Shown in pieces: positions 19,784 through 28,384 of a stretch of 64,000 nucleotides of DNA. This stretch comes from Candidatus Omnitrophota bacterium (GTDB lineage: Bacteria; Omnitrophota; Gorgyraeia; B26-G9): contig JAHITY010000088.1 of NCBI GenBank assembly GCA_018817165.1, positions 2,866-66,865 of the forward strand, in the 5' to 3' direction. A model generated the notes under the pieces. The model made no database searches, was not told where the DNA came from, and was given only the letters and a program-made list of their open reading frames with translations. The translations under genes and the position numbers were made by a program. Position 1 is the first letter of the stretch, and each line of letters opens with the position of its first letter.

Positions 19784-19812
19784 ATAATACCACACATTTG
19801 TGTGGACGTCAA
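19784..19812 (-). promoter_or_regulatory. sigma70-type lexA promoter with palindromic operator CCACAC-N4-GTGTGG in the spacer
   Basis: Minus strand TTGACG-17 nt (TCCACACAAATGTGTGG)-TATTAT. Confidence 0.75.
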
Positions 19813-19875
19813 GAAAAAGACATAAAAAAAACCGTCTTATCGACGGAGAAATTAATTAAAGCAAGCAGTTAAAGA

Positions 19876-21219
19876 TTATATTGCTTGGGCAATTATAAGT
19901 TGAAATTCAAGCCCCCCCGCTTGTTGCGGATAAGCAGATATCGGCACTTGACTTAAAGCGATATTTTGCCGCGGCGTTTTCTTTTCATCCAATCCTTGAA
20001 TCGCAATATCGTCAAAAGAGTTCTTGGGACTGCGCTCAATGCGCGTATGCAATCCCCCCTTATCTATCTTTGCTAAATTCTCAGGATTTGTAATAATGAC
20101 CTCTTTTGCTGCGCCTGATTTAATAATACTTATTGCTGCTTGTAATTTAGGCAGCATCGATCCTTCGGTGCCGGCAAATTCGCCGCTATCAATGTATTGT
20201 TGAAGCCGGTCTGCGGTAATATTGGAAATAGGCCGCTGTGTTGAACGCCCATAATCAAGGTAAACACGCTTAACATCCGTTGAGATAATAACACGACTCA
20301 GCGGTTTTTGTTCGGCAGAATATCTGCTTTTAAACAGGCTCTCAGCCAGACAAGCTGTTGCTAAGTCTTTATCAATCACTGCCGGCAAACTGCGCGCTTG
20401 ATTATTCATATCCACCGCAATTCCGCCGCCGCCGACACAAATAACAATCTTTTTAGCTCTTATTGCTTTTTCTATTTTATCTATTTGAACAATCGATTTC
20501 GGCTTTGGGCTGGCAACCAGGACTCGCGGAATTGGCTCTTCTTTCCCGTTAACTGTTTTAAACCGCGCCAAGCCAATAGGCTTTTTCGGGTTAGTAAAAC
20601 CTTCATCCGCAGCATCTACTCTGACATCAGTCATAACAACTTCTATTTGGTTTTCAGAAATACCCAAGCTCATAAGCGCTTCCTTGATATCCGCTCCGAT
20701 CCACTCCTGGGTTTCCTTAACCCCTTGCGCTAGTTTTTGGTTAATGAATTCTTGATCTTTATTTCCATCAAGGAAGCGGCCAAGCCATCTGTCAAGTACT
20801 GCCCCGGCCTCAGGCCCATTGCCATGAGTAATAATTCCCCCCTTTTTTAACTCTGGGAGAATATGCCTTAGTGTTTCTTTTATTCGGTCTTTCTGGATAT
20901 CCGATATTTTCTGCCAATCATCTTTTTTCCAGGGCATTAAGCCCTTTACATCCTCACCTCTCAACAGAGAATTACCACCAATGGAATAAATTTCAGTTGA
21001 TTTGCTTTTCCTAAGGCGCTCTTTAAATGCAGGATATAAAATAGATTGTTTATAAATAGTCTGAAAAGCATTTAGCTGTATTTGGACTTGCGGGGAAAGC
21101 ATTGCAGGAACTCCTTGTTGCTCGTTAAGTAAAAATGTTCCTTGTCCCGCTAACGCGCAATCTGCCATCAGTATTGCCTGGATCAATATTAACGCTATGT
21201 TTTTTAGTATTTTATTCAT
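19876..21219 (-). CDS. Carbamate kinase-like protein with N-terminal signal peptide and C-terminal QAI tail
   Basis: IGGNSL, ITHGNGP, PKKPIG, RVLVASPKP, GGGGIAV, AVIDKDLA, GSMLPK; N-terminus MNKILKNIALILIQAILMADCALA. Confidence 0.85.
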   Translation of the reverse strand: MNKILKNIALILIQAILMADCALAGQGTFLLNEQQGVPAMLSPQVQIQLNAFQTIYKQSILYPAFKERLRKSKSTEIYSIGGNSLLRGEDVKGLMPWKKDDWQKISDIQKDRIKETLRHILPELKKGGIITHGNGPEAGAVLDRWLGRFLDGNKDQEFINQKLAQGVKETQEWIGADIKEALMSLGISENQIEVVMTDVRVDAADEGFTNPKKPIGLARFKTVNGKEEPIPRVLVASPKPKSIVQIDKIEKAIRAKKIVICVGGGGIAVDMNNQARSLPAVIDKDLATACLAESLFKSRYSAEQKPLSRVIISTDVKRVYLDYGRSTQRPISNITADRLQQYIDSGEFAGTEGSMLPKLQAAISIIKSGAAKEVIITNPENLAKIDKGGLHTRIERSPKNSFDDIAIQGLDEKKTPRQNIALSQVPISAYPQQAGGLEFQLIIAQAI

Positions 21220-21264
21220 AATTTTTCGAGTTTCAAGCCCTTCACACTAAGCATTTCATCTTAT

Positions 21265-22146
21265 TTAAATCGCCTGTTCAATTAATGAAAAAAGTTCATT
21301 AATATCAACACATTGTCCAAAATCACTATATTTCGGCATTGTATTTACCTGTTTATCCTCTTCTTCATAGACTTGAATCAACTGTCTAAAATAATTATCG
21401 GTAAAGTCACGTTCTATTGGAAAATTTTCACCTTGGCCTTCTTGTTCAAGAGATCTTATTGCTTTTTCAGCTATATCCCCTGGGATATCTTGAAAATTTT
21501 CCCAGATAAAAGTAAATACACCTGTCGCCCCTTTTTTACTGCCGACAGGATAGGGTTCTTCAACTAATTTATCAAAAAACATCTTAGTCGTAGGAAACTC
21601 TGCATCGGCTAATTGTCTTGACTGTTCAAAATAGAGATTATTTCTTCTCTGTTCTACATTATAAGCAACTTTTTGCTTTATATGGGCAAGAACCTGCTCT
21701 GCTGATCTTTGCTTTGCCAGCCCCCTACTAATATGTGCGGAAAGATATCTGTAAATCCCCTTTATGCCAAAAGCATCAATATTGTCCACATCATAAAGTA
21801 TTTTTGTTTCAAGGTTTAAATCATGCAAAACATTAGCAGTATCTTCAGGTATCTTTTTATCATGAAATGCTACAGCTTGTTTTATTTTCTCTATTTGCTC
21901 ATCGGTAAAAATATCATTTTCTCTAAAATTCTGTTCTATAAAATCGGCTGCCTGCTGTCCATGCGATTCAGAATCTTCAGCAAATATATCATGCAAATAA
22001 ATTGCTGCCGTTAAAACTTTCCAGTCTACGGCCTCATCTTTATTTAACTTAATTACAAGCATTTCAGCTTTTTCAAGCAAATCAACTGAGTGCTGCATAC
22101 CATGGTGTATATTTTCACTAAAACAGCGTCTAAAAAAATGTTCCAC
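21265..22146 (-). CDS. HD-domain phosphohydrolase-like protein with C-terminal EQAI tail
   Basis: HGMQHS...AAIYLHD...HG...LYDVDNIDAFG; GTG start behind SD AGGAGA. Confidence 0.8.
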   Translation of the reverse strand: MEHFFRRCFSENIHHGMQHSVDLLEKAEMLVIKLNKDEAVDWKVLTAAIYLHDIFAEDSESHGQQAADFIEQNFRENDIFTDEQIEKIKQAVAFHDKKIPEDTANVLHDLNLETKILYDVDNIDAFGIKGIYRYLSAHISRGLAKQRSAEQVLAHIKQKVAYNVEQRRNNLYFEQSRQLADAEFPTTKMFFDKLVEEPYPVGSKKGATGVFTFIWENFQDIPGDIAEKAIRSLEQEGQGENFPIERDFTDNYFRQLIQVYEEEDKQVNTMPKYSDFGQCVDINELFSLIEQAI

Positions 22147-22188
22147 TCTTACACTCTCCTTGAAAAATATGCTATGTATTTTTTATTA

Positions 22189-23901
22189 CTATATCGATCG
22201 CTCGGCAAAATGTACTTTTGAAGCCCTATTTTTATTTAAAGGTTTAAACAATAACAGCGGATTATCCTCAGGAGTTTGCTTATACTCTAAATTATCAACT
22301 GCATGTAAAAAGTCCTTATTTTCTTTAGCAATTTTTAGAATATATTCCAAATCAATTTTATCTTTTGATAGCAAGCCTTGCATATTCAGCGAATCAACTT
22401 GCTCAGTTTCAAGCAACCGAACATTAATTGCAAGTCTGGCAATAGGATCCCTGAGCATCCTAACCAATGCCTCTTCCAAATAATTACATTTGCTAATACT
22501 TTTCGATAAATTAGGGACAAATTCTTTTGCTTTTTCATACAATAGTATTTGCCCATTTTCTTTGAAAAATGTTTTAATCACCATGTTTTTACGAATATAC
22601 CGCATTGAATCTTTTATTGATTTACTATTAACATTCCCCATGCTAAAAACACTGTCAGGAATATAAATAGACCCTAAAAAATATTCTCCACGCGCACTTA
22701 TAGTTAAAGAGTTGTCCAATCTCACTGAAGAAACACTAGGGGTAAATTTTAGCTTTCTGTAATGTTCATCCTCCCGATAATCTCCAGAGTTTTTCAATAC
22801 AAATTTATCATATAAATCTTGCGGCAGATTTTCCGCATCTCCCATCTGCAATAAGTTTGCATATAAAACTTTCAAAGCTCCTTTTTTTAATTTTATTGTT
22901 CTTAATTTGATTCCACCAGGCAACAAATTTTCTTCATCCTGAACAATATTACCCCCTAAAAACTTTACAAAATCATCAAGTTCGTCATCTTGGCTCGTGA
23001 CATATGTATGTAGATATAAGGTCCCACCAGGAAATAGAGTAAAATACTTATCTATAAATCTTCCGATTTTTTCTAAGGGTATATGCTGTTGATGAACAGT
23101 GTCAACAGAAAGCATAAAAGTCGGAGATTTCTTTTGTTCAGCCGCTGCAAATTCAATCATAAAATCCTCGGCCCAACGTTCATCTATCCACCAACCGTTG
23201 GTAAACATCAAGCCCGTTCTCATTCCCAAACTTTTTGCCATTCTTATAGTTTCCAAAAGCTCATTACGTACCAAAGAAAGTTCACCGCCCATGAAACGAA
23301 TCTCTTCGACTCCCGATGCCTTAGCATCTAAAAGAATTTTTTTTATTTGCGAAATAGAGAGTTTTTCTTTATGCTCCGGATTCACTTTAGCAAGACAAAA
23401 CCTGCACTTTGCATTACATCTTTCAGTAAGACAAAGTGTCAGGTATCGCGGCATTGATATCTTATCATTATTTACTATATTATCTGCAATATAGTCCTCC
23501 ATTAATTTTGCCCAGACCATAAGATACATTTTTCTTCTAAACAAATCCTCCGTATTTGCTGATAAATACCGCAGATAGTTTAAAACAGTATTATCTGCTA
23601 TCCCGAAATCATATATTACTGCCCTCATCTGCATATAAGTTTTATAATAATATTCTTGTTTTCGTCCAAAATCCTTGAACCCAGAGTCCAGAATATCATC
23701 TATCTTATTTTTAAAAGGTGGCGAAAAATATCCCATATAATCAAAAACTGATGGGTCACTAACCTTTTCAGCATTGAATATATACTGTATTTGATTCACA
23801 TCTAATGAAGCTCTAGGTGAAAGCATTGTATCTTGCTGTGCCCAGGCAATATTGCTAAGCAGTAGCATTTGAATGATTAATAATATAATTTTTTTATTCA
23901 T
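22189..23901 (-). CDS. Radical SAM protein with N-terminal signal peptide and C-terminal ERSI tail
   Basis: CNAKCRFC (CxxxCxxC), FMGGE, TNGWW, LSVDTVHQ; N-terminus MNKKIILLIIQMLLLSNIAWA. Confidence 0.85.
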   Translation of the reverse strand: MNKKIILLIIQMLLLSNIAWAQQDTMLSPRASLDVNQIQYIFNAEKVSDPSVFDYMGYFSPPFKNKIDDILDSGFKDFGRKQEYYYKTYMQMRAVIYDFGIADNTVLNYLRYLSANTEDLFRRKMYLMVWAKLMEDYIADNIVNNDKISMPRYLTLCLTERCNAKCRFCLAKVNPEHKEKLSISQIKKILLDAKASGVEEIRFMGGELSLVRNELLETIRMAKSLGMRTGLMFTNGWWIDERWAEDFMIEFAAAEQKKSPTFMLSVDTVHQQHIPLEKIGRFIDKYFTLFPGGTLYLHTYVTSQDDELDDFVKFLGGNIVQDEENLLPGGIKLRTIKLKKGALKVLYANLLQMGDAENLPQDLYDKFVLKNSGDYREDEHYRKLKFTPSVSSVRLDNSLTISARGEYFLGSIYIPDSVFSMGNVNSKSIKDSMRYIRKNMVIKTFFKENGQILLYEKAKEFVPNLSKSISKCNYLEEALVRMLRDPIARLAINVRLLETEQVDSLNMQGLLSKDKIDLEYILKIAKENKDFLHAVDNLEYKQTPEDNPLLLFKPLNKNRASKVHFAERSI

Positions 23902-24192
23902 TTAATTCCTTATCAAAAAGACATAATACAGAAAAGAGAAAATACTCGCAGATAATTTTTACACTTAATCATTTTGTCTCTTACCTCTTGTTAATCAAAA
24001 TGTTAGGACTAATATATTCCTAATAAAAAAGATTTTAAAGTATACCATATACCCCAGAGATTCGCAAACAAAACCCTATTTTTATTATTAATATAAGTCA
24101 TTTAATTACAATATATTATGCGCTTAATTTTTGAGAATTGATAACTGTTTTTAATCTGAGGTTTGGATTTAGACAAGCTTCAGGGGGAGATA

Positions 24193-25143
24193 TTACTTTA
24201 GGATTCTTAATTCTACAGAAATAAGCTGCTCAAACGCTTCTTTATCTGATGAAAAAGTATTTTTATTATTAGATAAATTAATATCAGCAGAATCTTTCTG
24301 TAATGTTCCACTGCCGGCTAAAAACAATTGTAGCTTTAGGAAATTCTCATAAGTAATATTAAAGGAAAATATTTCCTGGCTTTCTTCAACGCTGTTAAAA
24401 ACTTGGGTGGCATTATATGTGCTGAGAATTTTGCTTATTTGCTGTTTACTAAACAGCTCATCGAAATCTATGATCAGAACTTGTTTTTGTTCATTTCCTT
24501 CAGAAGAAGGTTTTGCTGCTTCAGCTAAGCTTAAAAAGGCTTTATCCTGAACTTTTAATTCCAGCCCAGCCGGAGAATAGGCATCTAAAGCTGCCTCAGA
24601 ATCACCTATTTGCAGAGCTGCCGGCTTACTGCTATCAGCTATTTCCTGTTTAGCCAAGCGGCCAGAAGTTTGGCTAATAATTGATTTTTTTTTGGCAGAT
24701 TGAATCTCCTCGTGGCTTGTTAATTGAGATTCCTGAACATCTCTCTCAGTTAAAATAAAAGCATCTTGTTCATTGATCAGTCCTCTATGCTTGGCTGGCA
24801 GCATATTAAGTTGATTGTTAACCGCGATTACTAAGACTATTGTTGCCACTAAAGCAAAAGCTCTTGCCGAAGAAGTCCTTGGGAAAAAATTCCTTAATCC
24901 CAGAAAAACCTTTTCCCAGAAAGGCAATTCATCAAGCCGCTTATTAACATTATCAATAAAATCCGCTGGAGGATTAATTGCCTTAATCTTATGCATAATG
25001 CTTACCATCTCAGTTATCGACTCAAGTGATTGTGCGCAAGCCGGACAATCTTCAATATGCTTGGTCATAACCATCTGCTGTTTTTTATCTAATTCATTAT
25101 CCAGGAATTTTGAAAGTAGTTTTTTGCAATCCTGACAATTCAT
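24193..25143 (-). CDS. Anti-sigma factor (zf-HC2 plus TM helix)
   Basis: MNCQDC...HIEDCPAC; TM FALVATIVLVIAV; directly after the ECF sigma. Confidence 0.9.
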   Translation of the reverse strand: MNCQDCKKLLSKFLDNELDKKQQMVMTKHIEDCPACAQSLESITEMVSIMHKIKAINPPADFIDNVNKRLDELPFWEKVFLGLRNFFPRTSSARAFALVATIVLVIAVNNQLNMLPAKHRGLINEQDAFILTERDVQESQLTSHEEIQSAKKKSIISQTSGRLAKQEIADSSKPAALQIGDSEAALDAYSPAGLELKVQDKAFLSLAEAAKPSSEGNEQKQVLIIDFDELFSKQQISKILSTYNATQVFNSVEESQEIFSFNITYENFLKLQLFLAGSGTLQKDSADINLSNNKNTFSSDKEAFEQLISVELRILK

Positions 25144-25144
25144 A

Positions 25145-25780
25145 TCACATCACTTCCTCTAGAATATCAGCTAACAGGCTTCTCGCTCTATGCAAACGAG
25201 ACTTTACTGTTCCAAGGTTAATCAACAAAACCTGAGCTATTTGTTCATAACTTAATTGCTGGATATCGCGTAAAATAATCACTTCGCGAAAATCATATTC
25301 TAATGAATTTAAAGCGCACTGGATCAGCTCATTCAGCTCTTTATCTAAAATGCCTCGATCCGGTGCCGGGCTTAAATCAGGAATCTCTCTTGAGAATGAA
25401 ACATCATCAGAATTTAAATAAGGCTGATCCAATGATAAATTACGCTGATTAGCTTTGGTATTTTTTTTAAGCTTATTGCGACTCAGATTAATCGTTATCC
25501 GGTAAAGCCAGGTAAAAAATCTTGAGTTAAATTTAAATTGCTTGATCGCCTTAAAGCCCCGGACAAATACATCCTGAGCTATTTCTTCAGCCTGATGATA
25601 ATCACCGAATATCCGAAAAGCAATATTAAACACCTGACGATGGTATTTTAAGATCAATTGATTAAATGCCTGCCGATCCCCTTGTTGAACTTTAAGAATT
25701 ATCTCTTTTTCTTGAGCTATTTCTGCAGAGGCATTAAGATCATTGGTATTATTATTTTCTTCAATCACTTTATTAGACAA
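25145..25780 (-). CDS. ECF RNA polymerase sigma factor (RpoE/SigW-like)
   Basis: AEEIAQDVF, FFTWLYRITIN, LSYEQIA...GTVKSRLHRAR. Confidence 0.95.
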   Translation of the reverse strand: MSNKVIEENNNTNDLNASAEIAQEKEIILKVQQGDRQAFNQLILKYHRQVFNIAFRIFGDYHQAEEIAQDVFVRGFKAIKQFKFNSRFFTWLYRITINLSRNKLKKNTKANQRNLSLDQPYLNSDDVSFSREIPDLSPAPDRGILDKELNELIQCALNSLEYDFREVIILRDIQQLSYEQIAQVLLINLGTVKSRLHRARSLLADILEEVM

Positions 25781-25815
25781 TCTTCCCGATCAAAAGTTCA
25801 TTATTTTACAAAAAA

Positions 25816-27123
25816 TCATTTACTTCCAGGCTTTCCCAATAGCTTAAACATTTTTTTCTTATAAGCTTCAACTCCCGGCTGATCAAAAGGATTAACTCCG
25901 GAAAGCAGCCCTGAGATAGCCGTTGCTTTCTCAAAGAAATAAAACAGCTGTCCTAAATTAAAGGCGCTGCGTTTAGGAATACTGATCATCATATTCGGGA
26001 CTTTACCCTCATAATGCGCACTAGCCGTAGCCTCATAGGCCTTAAAATTAACATAGTCCAGATCTTTGCCTGCTAAATAATTCAAACCATCAATATCCGC
26101 TTTAAGCTTAGGCACATTGATTTTAGCCATTGATTTTTCCACAACAAGAAATGTCTCAAATATATTCCTCTCACCATCTTGAATTATTTGCCCTAAAGAA
26201 TGCAAATCAGTTGTAAACTCACAAGCCGCCGGAAAAATTCCTTTGCCGTCTTTGCCTTCGCTTTCACCAAAAAGCTGTTTCCACCATTCTCCAATAAAAC
26301 GCAGATTAGGATGAAACCCGGAAAGCATTTCTATTTTTTTCCCTTTTTTATAAAGAATATGTCTTATTCCCGCGTATTTGTAAGCCGGGTTTTTCTTTAT
26401 ATCTAAAATATTACATTTAGTCTCAAAATCCTTAGCGCCGTTTATCAGTTCACGAATATTAATCCCGGCAACCGCGATCGGCAATAAACCCACAGGAGTT
26501 AATACAGAAAATCTTCCGCCCACATCATCGGGAATCACAAAAGTCTTATAACCTTCACTTTCCGCCAATTCGCGTAATGATCCTTTGGCCGCGTCAGTAG
26601 TCGCGATAATTTTGTCTTTTATATTATTTTTTCCGTAAAGGTTTTCCAAATATTGCTTTAAGATCCGAAAAACAACTGCTGTTTCTGTTGTCGTGCCGGA
26701 TTTTGAAATAACATTAATAATAACTCTCTTATCTTTGACTACCCGCAACATATCCTGCAAATAATCAGCACTCAAATTTTGCCCGGCAAAATATATTTTA
26801 GGTTTTTCCGAGTTTAACTCATTAGAAAAATTAGGCTTAAGAAATTCAATCGCTGCCTTAGCCCCTAAATAAGATCCGCCAATCCCCAAAACAATAAATA
26901 CATCGCAATTATCTCTGATTTTTTTTGCTGTTGCCTGAATATCACTGATCAGCGTATTGGGTATTTGTGAAGGCAAATCCAGCCAACCGATAAAATCACT
27001 TCCCGGGCATTTTTTCCTGATTAATTCCTGATGCACCAGTTTGATTGGTTTAGCAACAGCCTTGAGTTCCTGCTCCGAAACATATCCTTTACAATTAGTA
27101 GTTATTAATTTTATATCAGTCAT
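25816..27123 (-). CDS. pgi: Glucose-6-phosphate isomerase
   Basis: GIGGSYLG, SKSGTTTE, VGGRFSV, QLFGESEGK, NPFDQPGVEAYK; ATG at 27123 follows SD GGAGGAG. Confidence 0.97.
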   Translation of the reverse strand: MTDIKLITTNCKGYVSEQELKAVAKPIKLVHQELIRKKCPGSDFIGWLDLPSQIPNTLISDIQATAKKIRDNCDVFIVLGIGGSYLGAKAAIEFLKPNFSNELNSEKPKIYFAGQNLSADYLQDMLRVVKDKRVIINVISKSGTTTETAVVFRILKQYLENLYGKNNIKDKIIATTDAAKGSLRELAESEGYKTFVIPDDVGGRFSVLTPVGLLPIAVAGINIRELINGAKDFETKCNILDIKKNPAYKYAGIRHILYKKGKKIEMLSGFHPNLRFIGEWWKQLFGESEGKDGKGIFPAACEFTTDLHSLGQIIQDGERNIFETFLVVEKSMAKINVPKLKADIDGLNYLAGKDLDYVNFKAYEATASAHYEGKVPNMMISIPKRSAFNLGQLFYFFEKATAISGLLSGVNPFDQPGVEAYKKKMFKLLGKPGSK

Positions 27124-27257
27124 GAGCTCCTCCATTTTTAAATTAATTAGCTAAAGTCGTGATTTATTATTTATTTGAATTATATTTTATCATTGTCTTA
27201 AGTCATTAACAAGATTATTGTTGATTAGGATACTAAGGCAGGAAAGCAGCAAACGTA

Positions 27258-28364
27258 TTAAAAATCTCTATATTCGCGGCGGATAAACAGACCACTTGCT
27301 ACAGGGTCCAAAAACAACTTCAAGAAATAGTTTACATCTTTTACGAATCTTCGCGGAACATAAACAATGTCTTCTGACTCAAGAACCAGATTATCGCTTA
27401 AATCAGCTAATTTTAAAGCCTTATTCAGATCCAATCTTTTAGGATCTGGATTCTGCAGCCCGCCTTTTACTAATATGATACTCGGAGTAACCGCGTCTTC
27501 CGTAAAGCCGCCGGCTAAACCAACTGCTTCTAAAATTGTCTTGCCTTTAGCTAAAGTATATACCCCCGGACTTCTGACCTGGCCAAGCACAATAACTCTA
27601 TTGCCGCCAAAAGTATTTACAGAAACAGACACCTGCGGGTATTTTATGAACTCACGTAAACCCTGAGTTAAAGTATTGCTAAATTCAGTGATTGTTTTAC
27701 CAGAAGCCTCAACTTCACCAACTAAGGCAAATGAAATCAAGCCATCAGGCCGAACTATCACTTGATCATCAAGATCGGGATTTTGCCAAACCTTGACAGA
27801 TAAAACATCACCATTTCCGATTCTATACTTAACTGCACTTTTTTGCTTTATTTCAGGAAGACTTACCGGAATATCAGGCTGATCATTTACCGCAGGCAAA
27901 ACACTATTTTCTTTATCCTTCTTAATATCAGAAATAGCCATTTCGAATTCTTTTTGAGCTTCATTAAACCTGCCCTGATTATACAAAATTAAGCCTCGTT
28001 TATAATGCTGATCATTTTCTTTTTCTGTAGCATTTAAGGCTTTTTTAAATTCCTGCTCTGCAAGCTTAAATTTTCCTTGATTGTAATAGATCAACCCTTT
28101 TTTATAATAATCCTGTTTTTCTGTTTTAGTTTTTTCAATTGATTTTTGAAACTCTTGCTCTGCTTCTTTATATTTTCCCGCTTTATAAAAATCTAAACCT
28201 TTCGCGTAATGATCATCATTGCTCGAAATATTTGAATCGGCATAGCTCAAATCGGATACTTTTAAAAAAAATAAACCGCAAATAGCTAAAAATATCGCTG
28301 AAATAAAAATATTTTTAAATATACTCTTTGCTGTTTTCTGAAATTTATTTTCTTTAATTCGCAT
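27258..28364 (-). CDS. Polysaccharide export (Wza/OPX-like) protein with three N-terminal TPR-like repeats
   Basis: YRIGNGDVLSVKVW...VRPDGLISF (Poly_export), VLGQVRSPG (SLBB), DIVYVP; repeats (H/Y)YxxG..YxxG(K/R)xxxAxxEF. Confidence 0.88.
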   Translation of the reverse strand: MRIKENKFQKTAKSIFKNIFISAIFLAICGLFFLKVSDLSYADSNISSNDDHYAKGLDFYKAGKYKEAEQEFQKSIEKTKTEKQDYYKKGLIYYNQGKFKLAEQEFKKALNATEKENDQHYKRGLILYNQGRFNEAQKEFEMAISDIKKDKENSVLPAVNDQPDIPVSLPEIKQKSAVKYRIGNGDVLSVKVWQNPDLDDQVIVRPDGLISFALVGEVEASGKTITEFSNTLTQGLREFIKYPQVSVSVNTFGGNRVIVLGQVRSPGVYTLAKGKTILEAVGLAGGFTEDAVTPSIILVKGGLQNPDPKRLDLNKALKLADLSDNLVLESEDIVYVPRRFVKDVNYFLKLFLDPVASGLFIRREYRDF

Positions 28365-28384
28365 ATTTTACTGCTCTTATCCCC

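Noticed and set aside
22147-22191. Stop-codon readthrough fusing radical SAM and HD genes
   Set aside because: Three consecutive stops (TAG TAA TAA) and a separate SD for the HD gene
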